A stretch of 32,000 nt of DNA from an uncultured Candidatus Saccharibacteria bacterium (GCA_964543385.1 CAZIYE010000001.1:570001-602000), one strand, 5' to 3'. Shown: positions 17,735-27,113, counted from the stretch's first letter. Notes: generated by a model not told the origin, from the letters alone. Numbers and translations are program-made.

Positions 17735-18283
17735 ATGGGAAACGATAGTTTTTTAGCTAAAATTTTATATGGCAGTGTCGCAATTTTTGATCTGGCAAAA
17801 TGGCTAATTTTGGTTTTGATAATTTTAAGTTTGATCAATGCTTTTTTTGTGGGTGTGTTTGTCGTTGACGGCGAATCCATGCATCCGAGTTTTAAAGATA
17901 AGGAGCTTGTTTTTTGGAATAAAGGCATATATAAAGACAGTAAACCTGAGAGAGGAGACATAGTTGTCGTCCAATACCCAGGCGATCCTAAACATAAGGT
18001 TTATGTTAAGAGAGTTGTTGGTCTGCCTGGCGAACGCGTAGAGATAAAGAGTGGCAAAATCTACATAAACAACAAGCTCTATCGGGAGAAATACTTAAAT
18101 CAAAGCTTGTTAACCGAACCAAGTGGTGTGTGGATATCAAAAAGTAATGAGTATTTTGTAATGGGTGATAACAGGCCAAACTCAAACGATTCAAGATTTT
18201 TCGGATCTATAGAAAAACGTTTTGTTTTAGGAAAAGCTCTCGGTGTGATATTCCCGAGGTTCCGTGTCGTAGACGATATCTAA
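17735..18283 (+). CDS. lepB: Signal peptidase I
   Basis: VVDGESMHPSFKDKE (catalytic Ser), KVYVKRVVGLPGERVEI (catalytic Lys), YFVMGDNRPNSNDSRFFG. Confidence 0.95.
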   Translation: MGNDSFLAKILYGSVAIFDLAKWLILVLIILSLINAFFVGVFVVDGESMHPSFKDKELVFWNKGIYKDSKPERGDIVVVQYPGDPKHKVYVKRVVGLPGERVEIKSGKIYINNKLYREKYLNQSLLTEPSGVWISKSNEYFVMGDNRPNSNDSRFFGSIEKRFVLGKALGVIFPRFRVVDDI

Positions 18284-18285
18284 AA

Positions 18286-18729
18286 CTAATTGCTGGTGAC
18301 TGTAAAATCAATAGTTTTATTAAGAGAGGTCATTTTTATTTTATATTTGCCAGGCTTTATTGGAGACCCGGAGCTATCCTTCATTGACCATTGCCAATCT
18401 TCTTTCTCTCCAGGTTTCAGATTAACGATGGTTTTATCAGCGGAATCTGCTTTATAGATTTGTTTGTTATTTGCATCGACTACGGTCCACGGGCCTATAT
18501 CATTCCTTATCTTTAAGGTACATTTGCTATATTTATCATTCTTAATACCTATAGTGACCAACTGATTAGGAAAGTAGCTCTTTCTATCTGTAAAGGCATA
18601 AAATTTGCAATCCTTGCTTTCGACGTCAGCTGAAATAGATCCTGCCTTTCCAACATAAAAAACTATGCCTCCTACTATTGCCAAGATAGCAATACTAGAA
18701 AGTATTATCGTGTTTCTCAATGAGTTCAT
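18286..18729 (-). CDS. Small membrane-anchored protein with possible BsuPI/Ig-like fold
   Basis: N-terminal TM (IILSSIAILAIVGGIVFYV), then FPNQLVTIGIKN...LKPGEKEDWQWSMKDSSGSPIKPGKYKIKM. Confidence 0.5.
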   Translation of the reverse strand: MNSLRNTIILSSIAILAIVGGIVFYVGKAGSISADVESKDCKFYAFTDRKSYFPNQLVTIGIKNDKYSKCTLKIRNDIGPWTVVDANNKQIYKADSADKTIVNLKPGEKEDWQWSMKDSSGSPIKPGKYKIKMTSLNKTIDFTVTSN

Positions 18730-18764
18730 TACCGCTCCTATTTAATAGCTATATTACAAATTTA

Positions 18765-18785
18765 ACATCTTCCAGTGGAAGATGT
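18765..18785 (-). terminator. Possible terminator/processing hairpin downstream of rpsT
   Basis: ACATCTTCC-AGT-GGAAGATGT, perfect 9-bp stem, in the rpsT to next-gene gap; only a weak T-tract. Confidence 0.4.
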
Positions 18786-18815
18786 CAAAATTTGCTATTA
18801 GATCAAATATATCTA

Positions 18816-19076
18816 CTATTTTTTAGGAGATGTAGCTTTTGCTAGTTGAGACTTAAGTCTAGCAGCTTTATTTTTGTGAATAACATGTTTTTTCGCAGCG
18901 AGGTCGAGCTGTTTGTAGGCATTGCTCAAAAGTTCGGTGACATTCTTTTCACCTTTAACTGTAGCAACTTTTAGTCCTTTAACGGCATTCTTTACCTTGG
19001 CTCTGGTATCGTCGTTTTCTAATTTTCTTCTGGCTTCAACTTTTAAAGCTTTTTTTGCTGATTTGATAATTGGCAT
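18816..19076 (-). CDS. rpsT: 30S ribosomal protein S20
   Basis: MPIIKSAKKALKVEARRKLENDDTRAKVKNAVK...LAAKKHVIHKNKAARLKSQLAK. Confidence 0.95.
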   Translation of the reverse strand: MPIIKSAKKALKVEARRKLENDDTRAKVKNAVKGLKVATVKGEKNVTELLSNAYKQLDLAAKKHVIHKNKAARLKSQLAKATSPKK

Positions 19077-19179
19077 GTTTATCTCTTTATTCTTATTTAC
19101 AAACTAAGTGCTATTTTATCAGAAAGATGACAAATTGTAAAGAATATAATATAAAGCTATATTGGATCTTTTAGTAATC

Positions 19180-20142
19180 TTATTTAGCGGCTACTTTAGG
19201 GTCGGTGGAAATATTCTTCTTTAGTAAATTGTCGTAGATTTCTTTTATACCGTCTTCTAGATCAACAGTTGGCTGGTAGCCCAGTTCTGTTGTTATCTTC
19301 GTTAGATCAGCCCTTTGATCGCCAATATAACCCTCTTTGACGGGATTCTCGACAAATATTGGTTCGAGGTTTTTCTCTGTCACTTTATTAATCTTTTCAA
19401 CAAGCTCTATCAGATTTATGGAGTGGTTTGTGCCAATATTAAAAATAGTAAAACCAAATTTCTTTTCAACATTCATTGCCCGTTCGATTCCTTGGACAAC
19501 ATCTTTGACATTGGTGAAGTCCCTTCTTTGTGTTCCGTCACCATAAAGAGTCGGGCGTTCACCCTTCTCCGTCATCCAAATGAATTGCGAAACAAGGTTG
19601 GCGAAATTTCCCTTATGATCCTCATGTAATCCATAAATACTCATAAAACGAAATGCAATAATCTCAAGTCCATAGCGTTTGCTGAATGCTCTTGATGTTT
19701 CCTCTTGCGCATGTTTAGTAACAGCATAAAAATTTGGCGGAGTGACTTCCTGATCCTCAGTTAGGGGAGTAGGATTATTGCCATAAATAGAACTAGTTGA
19801 GGCGAATAGTACTTTTTTAGCATTAATATCTCTAGCAAATTCCAAAACATTTAGGTGGCCAATAATGTTATTTTCAAATGATCCCTTTAGATCAGTTTCA
19901 AACATTGGAGCTGAAGAAGCTCCTGCCAAGTGTACTATGTAATCAAAGTCTGTTCCGGCTTTTTCTAAGTCTGATCTGTCCAAAACACTACCTTTTACAA
20001 ACTTTACCTCTTTAGATAGGTTATCTTCTCTTCCGAGAAAGAGATTATCCAATACTGTCACATTGTGGCCTTTTTGAGCCATTATGTTTGAAAAATTTGA
20101 ACCTATAAACCCTGCACCACCTGCAACTAAAATTTTTGCCAT
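19180..20142 (-). CDS. NAD-dependent epimerase/dehydratase (UDP-sugar epimerase-like)
   Basis: ILVAGGAGFIGSNFSNIM Rossmann motif, YAVTKHAQEE (YxxxK), ADLTKITTELGYQP. Confidence 0.92.
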   Translation of the reverse strand: MAKILVAGGAGFIGSNFSNIMAQKGHNVTVLDNLFLGREDNLSKEVKFVKGSVLDRSDLEKAGTDFDYIVHLAGASSAPMFETDLKGSFENNIIGHLNVLEFARDINAKKVLFASTSSIYGNNPTPLTEDQEVTPPNFYAVTKHAQEETSRAFSKRYGLEIIAFRFMSIYGLHEDHKGNFANLVSQFIWMTEKGERPTLYGDGTQRRDFTNVKDVVQGIERAMNVEKKFGFTIFNIGTNHSINLIELVEKINKVTEKNLEPIFVENPVKEGYIGDQRADLTKITTELGYQPTVDLEDGIKEIYDNLLKKNISTDPKVAAK

Positions 20143-20156
20143 ATTAACCTTAAATA

Positions 20157-22715
20157 TTAAACTAATTCTTTATAGACATTATAATTTATAGCGATCGTTT
20201 TCAATCTTTGCAACCCTTGGCTTGTCAGATCGTCAATTGAATGAATGCCAAAAAGTTGTAAAACATCATAAAGATTATATTTAGGTAGTTCGCTCAATGC
20301 CTCTGTAAGATTAGTAGTTTCTTCTTTAGACAACTTCTCGGCGTCAATATAAACCTTGCTTTTTAGGGGGTCGGTTCCTGATGGTCGAAAATCCAATTCG
20401 ATGATAGCAGGGCCTAAATTGTTCTCATCTCCGAAGATCAAAGGAGTCCCTTCTGGTCTTGTTCTCCCCCCAGAGAGGGGCTCCTCATTCAAAGTCGTAA
20501 ATCTGATTCTAGACCATAATGATCTGTAATTTGGTAAAGCCATAGATAGAATATCTTTTACTTTGTCTAATCCGATATGCCCATCACGAACAGCTTTACT
20601 AATTGAAAAGAAAAAATTATTAAAGTTAGTCTTTAGATCGCTGCATTCTGCAAAAGCCTCATGTTGCTTCTTGAACGGAAGTTGAGCAATATAACCCTGA
20701 TCTCCATGCAAAATGTCAATTCTAATATCAATTTTTGACTTCAAGTCGTATTTCTTAAAACCTTGATCAATAAGATTCAAGTAAGAGTAATCTCCTAAAA
20801 AGTTATTTTCCTTTAGATATAATTCAGAGGAACGTGTAAGCTCTGAGAAAAGGGAATCCGCTGCACTTTTCTCTGGCATTGCCAATGTGTTTTTACCGAA
20901 GATGTTATAGCAATCATGGTTTAGACCAGCGACTCTACCGCCGCTTTCCTCGCTCTTAGCGTGTATCCTTATTGATTTATCCTTGTTTAAGATTATCTTA
21001 TGACCAAGCTGATCAGTAAATTCACATTCATTGTCTGAATTCTTATTGAAATACCAATTTTCGATCACTTGTTGCATTTCAGACAGGTTCTTAAAGCCGA
21101 CTCTCTCCATGAAATTTTCGAGACCTACAACTGAGTTAGCAAATTCTGCCCATGCTCTTGTCGATACGTAGGTCGTCAAATAAACCGAGTGATATTTGTC
21201 CCATGTACCGTTTTGTTTCATTCTCTCATAATCAGCAATGTCGAGAAGCAAAAACTCCTTATTCGGTGTCGGAGCAACTAGGATCTTGTCATTATCTAAA
21301 ATATAATAATCGATGCCGTATTCGGTAATAAGCCTTCTGTTATTTTCTGTATCGTCAACAACTTGTTTTACTACGAATCTGTCAGAATCTGGGTCACATT
21401 CATAAATTTTTATTCCTGTTTGATACTTTTTTAATAAATCGCTATAAGGGATAGTCTCAGCAATTTTTTTCATTGTTGTATCAACGCCAAGATGATCAAC
21501 ACTGTAGATCTCAGATCCCGGAGAACCACCGGTTTTTATAATAATATAGCCCACATTGAAAAATTGGTCTTCTTCGGGATAAATAAGATCGAAAACATCT
21601 TTATCCACACCAAGTTTTTCCATTAAGGGTTTAAGAGTTCTCCAAGTAGATCCGTTAAGAGGGTTTAAAAGTATTTTATGGCCGTTTTCTGTCGCCTTAT
21701 TAATTAGATTGACATCATCCGGAGTCACATTTAAAGCTATACGATAGAGAGTTGTCATTCTATCGTAGGTAAGAGTTTTTTTGATGTTCTTGTGATTTGC
21801 TGCTGCTATTGTTACCGAATGCCCGCCTTCTGCATATATTTTTTGTTCAATAATTTTACGCAAAATTCGGCGGTAATCTTCATATTTATCGGGCAAAAGT
21901 TGTGCGCCACCAATGCCCAGAGCTTTTCTTCCGCACATATAATTAGAACTGTGGCTTGATGAATAATATGTTGATCCAGCGGCTCCAAGTAAGTGAGTTA
22001 AAAGCGATATTACTGTTATAGTCGAACTATCTGAAAAATCACTTGTTGTAATAACGGTGATTCCTTTTTCGGCAAGAATCCTTGATTCAAACTCGATAAA
22101 TTTGGCTGTATGAGGTCTGACTTCACCGCTGATAATTTTGACTATGTTATCTTTGACAAAGGGTAATATTTTTTCGAGAGACAATCCATAGATATCTTCT
22201 ACAATCTCTATTGTTTCTTTGTCTATTGTCTCTCTTAGCCATTTTGTATGAAGGGTAAAGCCAGGATCATCTTTTTCTATTTGCTCGAGGTTAGTCCTGA
22301 TCTCATCATGAATCTGTACTAAAAACTCGGCCTCAGCTTCAACTAAAAGAGTTAAAAATAAGTCGTTGTACATCATGTTGGGATTTTCGCTGTGCAAAAT
22401 ATCCACAAAAGCTCTTATTCCGGCGGTTGATGCATCCGACTTCTTGTCAAATTCTTTCAAATGTTCGGAAAGATTATACAGATCAGCGAGTTCCGGTGTA
22501 ACATTTACATCAAAAGCCTCTTTCTTATCTAAGTCAAAAATTGGCTTGAAAGATATATCATTAGTAGATTCAGCCCACATTTCGTTGTATTTTTGGATTA
22601 TCGTTTCTCTGAGTCGGAGTTGGTTCTTCTGAATTTCACCCATTTGTCCGCTATTTTGTGCGGCAAATAAGTCCTTTAACTCCTGTTGGGATAGAGGGGT
22701 AACCTTGGCTTCCAT
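20157..22715 (-). CDS. Divergent 852-aa alpha-D-phosphohexomutase-superfamily protein
   Basis: STAGIRA, atypical phosphoserine loop YYSSSHSSNYM, metal-binding ECDPDSDRF, sugar-binding-like SEESGGRVAG, phosphate-binding FRPSGTDPLKSKVYI. Confidence 0.8.
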   Translation of the reverse strand: MEAKVTPLSQQELKDLFAAQNSGQMGEIQKNQLRLRETIIQKYNEMWAESTNDISFKPIFDLDKKEAFDVNVTPELADLYNLSEHLKEFDKKSDASTAGIRAFVDILHSENPNMMYNDLFLTLLVEAEAEFLVQIHDEIRTNLEQIEKDDPGFTLHTKWLRETIDKETIEIVEDIYGLSLEKILPFVKDNIVKIISGEVRPHTAKFIEFESRILAEKGITVITTSDFSDSSTITVISLLTHLLGAAGSTYYSSSHSSNYMCGRKALGIGGAQLLPDKYEDYRRILRKIIEQKIYAEGGHSVTIAAANHKNIKKTLTYDRMTTLYRIALNVTPDDVNLINKATENGHKILLNPLNGSTWRTLKPLMEKLGVDKDVFDLIYPEEDQFFNVGYIIIKTGGSPGSEIYSVDHLGVDTTMKKIAETIPYSDLLKKYQTGIKIYECDPDSDRFVVKQVVDDTENNRRLITEYGIDYYILDNDKILVAPTPNKEFLLLDIADYERMKQNGTWDKYHSVYLTTYVSTRAWAEFANSVVGLENFMERVGFKNLSEMQQVIENWYFNKNSDNECEFTDQLGHKIILNKDKSIRIHAKSEESGGRVAGLNHDCYNIFGKNTLAMPEKSAADSLFSELTRSSELYLKENNFLGDYSYLNLIDQGFKKYDLKSKIDIRIDILHGDQGYIAQLPFKKQHEAFAECSDLKTNFNNFFFSISKAVRDGHIGLDKVKDILSMALPNYRSLWSRIRFTTLNEEPLSGGRTRPEGTPLIFGDENNLGPAIIELDFRPSGTDPLKSKVYIDAEKLSKEETTNLTEALSELPKYNLYDVLQLFGIHSIDDLTSQGLQRLKTIAINYNVYKELV

Positions 22716-22788
22716 AATTTCCTATAATTACTTTGATTCTTTTAATTATTAAAATTATATATAAAAGCCTTCAAATAAGCCATCTCTC

Positions 22789-23880
22789 TTACAAATAAAG
22801 GTGTTTGCCATCATCTCTGAGTTTGCTCAGTAAATCTTTAACATTGTTAGCTTTGGTTTTATCGGCGATAAAGAGAACATCATCAGTATCAATAACAATG
22901 ATGTTTTCCAAACCCATAGTGGCAACCAATTTTTCATTGGCATAGACTAGACTGTCCTTGCTGCCGATATCGACATGATTACCTCTTGAAATTATGTGGG
23001 TTGAGTAGTTATCTAACAATACGTCGCTCAATGTCTGCCATGTACCAATGTCGCTCCAGCCGAGATCAGCAGGAACTGCTAGGAATTTATTGAATTTAGA
23101 GTCTTCAACAATTGCATTCTCGATTTGTTCCTTATCGAGTGTATTATAGAGAGCTTTAATTCGGCTTTCTGCTACTATTGATTTATCATTTTTTTCAATC
23201 TCATGGATTTCATTAACCACCTCAATTACCTTTGGTCGATATTGCTCAATCCATTTTAAAATTTGTTCAGCCTTGAAGAAATAGTATGCACCATTCCAAA
23301 GATGACTCCAACTTCTGACATATCCTTTTGCAGTTTCAAGGTCCGGTTTCTCAGTAAACTGTTCAATATTAAAAACCTGACGGTTATCAACACGGCATTT
23401 CTCACTACCTATTCTCATATAGCCGAGCTCAGTACTTGGAAAATCAGGGTTGATACCAACAGCGACTAGGTGATCAGGATATTTTTCAATTACCTTTTGG
23501 CATGTCTTAACGGTTTCAATAAATGCATCCGTATTTCTGATCATATGGTCGGAAGCAATTGTCGCGATCGTTGCATCAGGATCTTTTTCGAGCAGTTTGG
23601 TCGCAATGTACGCAAATGCCGGCGTGGTGTTTTTGGGACATGGCTCGATTATATAATTTTCGATTGGCACGTTTGGAAGTTGGCTTTTGATTTCATCCAC
23701 AAATTTTGGTATTGCGGATATATAGATTTTGTCTAGCGGTACAGCCTTACTCAACCTCTCGTAGGTTTCCTGAAGCAGGGTTTTGTCAGAAATTAATTTG
23801 TGCAATTGCTTCGGTTTTGACTCCCGACTCATAGGCCATAGCCTTGTTCCAGAACCACCAGCCATTATTACTGCATACAT
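22789..23880 (-). CDS. manC: Mannose-1-phosphate guanylyltransferase-like, nucleotidyltransferase domain only
   Basis: MYAVIMAGGSGTRLWPMSRESKPKQLHKL, FTEKPDLETAKGYV, SDIGTWQTLSDVL; 363 aa, no C-terminal isomerase domain. Confidence 0.88.
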   Translation of the reverse strand: MYAVIMAGGSGTRLWPMSRESKPKQLHKLISDKTLLQETYERLSKAVPLDKIYISAIPKFVDEIKSQLPNVPIENYIIEPCPKNTTPAFAYIATKLLEKDPDATIATIASDHMIRNTDAFIETVKTCQKVIEKYPDHLVAVGINPDFPSTELGYMRIGSEKCRVDNRQVFNIEQFTEKPDLETAKGYVRSWSHLWNGAYYFFKAEQILKWIEQYRPKVIEVVNEIHEIEKNDKSIVAESRIKALYNTLDKEQIENAIVEDSKFNKFLAVPADLGWSDIGTWQTLSDVLLDNYSTHIISRGNHVDIGSKDSLVYANEKLVATMGLENIIVIDTDDVLFIADKTKANNVKDLLSKLRDDGKHLYL

Positions 23881-23973
23881 AGTATCCTTGTTTGTTTAAT
23901 ATAAACTAAATAATTAAGCCATAATTTAACACTATAAAGTGGGTTTATCAATCACTGGTTTAACAAAATTTGA

Positions 23974-24882
23974 CTAATATCGTTCGATTTCTAGTGTTGA
24001 AGCGTCTGCTGATACTCTCAATTCTATTTGCTTGGGACTACTGTCAAAGTCATCGCTTTTATAAGTATTGTCCTGCTTCTTTAATCCTAGTTCTCCAAAA
24101 TTATTTTCTAATAACCCAGAGTCAGAAATTATACAGAGGGCATATTCTTTTGGTAACAGAATATTACTTTTTGATGCGCCAATGTCAAACCCCATCGTAA
24201 CTTTATCAATCACTGATCCAATCTTTATATTGCTTTTGCTAGCACCCGCATTGATTTTGAGTTTGGTGAGCTTGATCGCCGAAAAATCTAGATCTAGTTT
24301 GCTGGCGCCAGAATCGATATTTATCTCCATGGGGATACTTTTATTGAGGCTCAACGAAAAATTTCTTTTTGTATTGCCAGGGTTGAATATGCCGAAATCA
24401 CGATGGTCTTCAGAGAAGTTGATGTCTGCAACATTGCCGTTTATGTTATTTTTTGCTCTAATTTCACTGTTAGATTCAAAAAAAACCTCATATAATTTAC
24501 TATCATTATTAAGAGAGTTGACCTCGATATTTGCTGCTCCTAGATTCAGATCTAATTTAACTTCTTCAATATTTGTATCTGTATCATATGAAAATTTCTG
24601 GGTCTCGACATTCTCCGATCTACCAGTATTCATTTTTTTGTTTAAGTCTTTGAAGTTTGAAATATAAAGTATCCCAAGAATTGACATTGCTACAAGTAGT
24701 ACCGCGGGAATTATACTATCCTTACCGAAAATTATTCCAGCTCCGAGAAGGATAAGAAAGAGTGGCCAAAGATCAAAAGCAGAACGCCAAACACTTTCAT
24801 TCCACCAGCCAAAGTTTATTCCCAAAAGCAGAACGCCGATAAAAAGAATTATAAACCCCCAGAGTAATCTTCCAAATCTCAT
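23974..24882 (-). CDS. LiaF-like membrane protein (N-terminal TM region, toastrack-like C-terminal domain)
   Basis: Hydrophobic LLWGFIILFIGVLLLGINFGWW...LWPLFLILLGAGII, followed by repeated NIDSGASKLDLDFS/NAGASKSNIKIGS/DIGASKSNILLP beta repeats. Confidence 0.7.
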   Translation of the reverse strand: MRFGRLLWGFIILFIGVLLLGINFGWWNESVWRSAFDLWPLFLILLGAGIIFGKDSIIPAVLLVAMSILGILYISNFKDLNKKMNTGRSENVETQKFSYDTDTNIEEVKLDLNLGAANIEVNSLNNDSKLYEVFFESNSEIRAKNNINGNVADINFSEDHRDFGIFNPGNTKRNFSLSLNKSIPMEINIDSGASKLDLDFSAIKLTKLKINAGASKSNIKIGSVIDKVTMGFDIGASKSNILLPKEYALCIISDSGLLENNFGELGLKKQDNTYKSDDFDSSPKQIELRVSADASTLEIERY

Positions 24883-24892
24883 AATTGCCTAC

Positions 24893-25336
24893 CTATTTTT
24901 TGCTATTTAATATTACAGCAATACCAACAACCACTAATACTAATGGCCAAAATACTGACCAAGCGCGGAAGCCTAGAACATTCTGTAATAAGAACAGTAT
25001 TCCAATGACTATAATAACGAAGCCGATTATAAGTCTGCCATCGTCTTTGGAAACTATATTTTTATGGTCTTTAGCCTCTTTCTTGATTTCGCTAGCAAAT
25101 TTTTCTGCTTTTTCCTTTATCTCTTCCGCTCCTGTTTTCCCTGTGGCACAACTAGGATCCTCGGGGATTATTATCCAAGCGACAATGTAAAATATGATTG
25201 ATATACCTGTAAAGATTAGAAGCGCAACAATCAATCTTATTAAAACAGGATCAATATCAAAATATTTTCCTAGGCCTCCGCAGACGCCTCCTAATATTCT
25301 ATTGTCGCAAGAACGATAAAGATGTTTTTCTTTCAT
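24893..25336 (-). CDS. PspC domain protein with C-terminal LiaI/DUF5668-like membrane segment
   Basis: LYRSCDNRILGGVCGGLGKYFDIDPVLIRLIVALLIF...IIPED, then LIIGFVIIVIGILFLLQNVLGF. Confidence 0.88.
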   Translation of the reverse strand: MKEKHLYRSCDNRILGGVCGGLGKYFDIDPVLIRLIVALLIFTGISIIFYIVAWIIIPEDPSCATGKTGAEEIKEKAEKFASEIKKEAKDHKNIVSKDDGRLIIGFVIIVIGILFLLQNVLGFRAWSVFWPLVLVVVGIAVILNSKK

Positions 25337-25419
25337 ATGTTCCTTTTTATTTTAATAATTGTAACACCAATTATATCATATAGCCTTGCTATTTTAAACC
25401 AATATTCTATTCAAATACC

Positions 25420-25447
25420 TTGACAAAATGGCAGTTTTTGCTATATT
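25420..25447 (+). promoter_or_regulatory. Sigma70-like promoter upstream of the DHH gene
   Basis: TTGACA (25420-25425), 16-nt spacer, TATATT (25442-25447). Confidence 0.55.
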
Positions 25448-25548
25448 TACTAGTTTCCCAGAAACAAAAAAAACCGAATAGCAAATAGATTGGACATATC
25501 TAACTCAGCATATTTGCTTAATTCGATTGATTGGACATTAGATTTTAT

Positions 25549-26694
25549 ATGGAATTATCCCCCAAACAACAAGTCGTAGATGTTATAAAGAACAGCCAAA
25601 GAGTTCTTCTTTTGACACACAAAAATCCTGATGGCGATGCCGTTGGTAGTATTTTGGGCTTATATTTCTCTCTTAAGAAGCTGGGCAAGGATGTCGTTGT
25701 TGTATGTGCTGATGTGCCGTCAGCTATATTCGACTATATGCCGGGGGTCAAAGAAATTGCCCAAAACTTTGCTTCTGGCAGAGATTTTGTCATATCTGTC
25801 GATACTTCCAAGGTGCAGGCAGACAAAATAATGTATAAGATGGATGAAAATAAACTTAACATAATTGTTACTCCTAGGAATGGTCAGTTTAGCAAGGATA
25901 TGATTTCATGTTGTGACGGCAATTTTCATTATGATGCTGTTGTTGTCCTCGATTCAACTGATTTGGAAAGAATCGGCAATCCTTATGAGAAACATCCTGA
26001 ACTTTTCTTCGACATTCCTGTTATTAATATAGATCACCATGCCGGTAATGATTTTTTTGGCAAAGTTAATCTTGTCGACATTACAGCAACATCCACTTCT
26101 GAAATTTTGGTCTCGGTCTTGGAAGCATTGACTGGGGATCCCAAGTTTATTAATGAAGAAATCGCCACTGCTTTGCTAACGGGAATTATCACAGATACAA
26201 ATTCTTTTCAAAATACCAATACAACTCCAAAATCGCTTACAGTTGCAGCACAACTTGTTGCATTTGGAGGAAGACAACAAGACATAATAAAAAGTATCTA
26301 TAAGACTAAACCTCTTTCTACTTTGCGCTTGTGGGGTAGGGCATTATCAAATTTACGTGATGAAAAATCTCATAAATTTGTCTGGACGCAGTTATACAAA
26401 AAGGATTACCTTGAAGTGGGGGCGGCAGAAACAGAATCTTCTGGCGTTATTGATGAATTATTGAAGACTGCCTCGGGCGTAGATTTTGCTCTACTATTGT
26501 CAGAAAAAAATGGCGATGTCCATGGTTCACTTAGATCCACAACCAAATCTAAAGATGTTTCTATTATTGCTAAACTCTTTGGCGGGGGTGGTCATCCGAT
26601 GGCAGCAGCTTTTCAGATGAACAGCACGTCGCTAGAGGCTTCATCTGACTCCGTTATCCAAAAGATAAAGGAATACCAAGACTCCCTAGTCTAA
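25549..26694 (+). CDS. DHH/DHHA1 phosphoesterase (NrnA-like nanoRNase/pAp phosphatase)
   Basis: LLLTHKNPDGDAVGSILGL, VVLDSTD, VINIDHHAGN, KLFGGGGHPMAAAFQM. Tracked start 25531 is a TTG inside a direct repeat; ATG at 25549 preferred. Confidence 0.88.
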   Translation: MELSPKQQVVDVIKNSQRVLLLTHKNPDGDAVGSILGLYFSLKKLGKDVVVVCADVPSAIFDYMPGVKEIAQNFASGRDFVISVDTSKVQADKIMYKMDENKLNIIVTPRNGQFSKDMISCCDGNFHYDAVVVLDSTDLERIGNPYEKHPELFFDIPVINIDHHAGNDFFGKVNLVDITATSTSEILVSVLEALTGDPKFINEEIATALLTGIITDTNSFQNTNTTPKSLTVAAQLVAFGGRQQDIIKSIYKTKPLSTLRLWGRALSNLRDEKSHKFVWTQLYKKDYLEVGAAETESSGVIDELLKTASGVDFALLLSEKNGDVHGSLRSTTKSKDVSIIAKLFGGGGHPMAAAFQMNSTSLEASSDSVIQKIKEYQDSLV

Positions 26695-26720
26695 CAATAA
26701 CTCTATTGGGATAAAATAGA

Positions 26721-26749
26721 TTGATATATAGACGAAATTATGATATAAA
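26721..26749 (+). promoter_or_regulatory. Promoter for rpsO
   Basis: TTGATA (26721-26726), 17-nt spacer, TATAAA (26744-26749). Confidence 0.6.
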
Positions 26750-26779
26750 ATAATAAATCAATAGTAATTAAGGGAGAAA

Positions 26780-26809
26780 CCGGTTGGAGGTATAAACTTC
26801 CACTGCCGG
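26780..26809 (+). promoter_or_regulatory. Candidate rpsO 5' leader hairpin (possible S15 autoregulatory element)
   Basis: CCGG-tt-GGAGG-tataaa-CTTCC-actg-CCGG between promoter and ATG at 26823. Confidence 0.4.
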
Positions 26810-26822
26810 CTGAAAGGAAAAG

Positions 26823-27101
26823 ATGGTTCAAGAAAAGGCTGCGAAAGCAGCGAAAGATGATCTGGTCAAAAAATACCAGACTCACAAAAATGACACTGGT
26901 TCGACTGAGGTACAGGTAGCAATCCTGACAAAGAAGGTTTCTGACCTTACTAAGCATTTGAAAGAACACAAGAAGGATTTCGATTCTCGACGCGGACTTC
27001 TCATGATGGTTGGTAAACGCCGAAGACTTCTAAACTATCTTCGCAAAAATGACGAAGAAAAGTATACAAAAGTTATCACTGATTTAGGTCTCAAAAAATA
27101 G
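26823..27101 (+). CDS. rpsO: 30S ribosomal protein S15
   Basis: YQTHKNDTGSTEVQVAILTKKVSDLTKHLKEHKKDFDSRRGLLMMVGKRRRLLNYLRK. Confidence 0.97.
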   Translation: MVQEKAAKAAKDDLVKKYQTHKNDTGSTEVQVAILTKKVSDLTKHLKEHKKDFDSRRGLLMMVGKRRRLLNYLRKNDEEKYTKVITDLGLKK

Positions 27102-27113
27102 GGGATTAAGATA

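Noticed and set aside
25531-25548. TTG start for the DHH gene
   Set aside because: It lies inside a direct repeat with no SD; ATG 25549 is a simpler start, though the true start is unproven.
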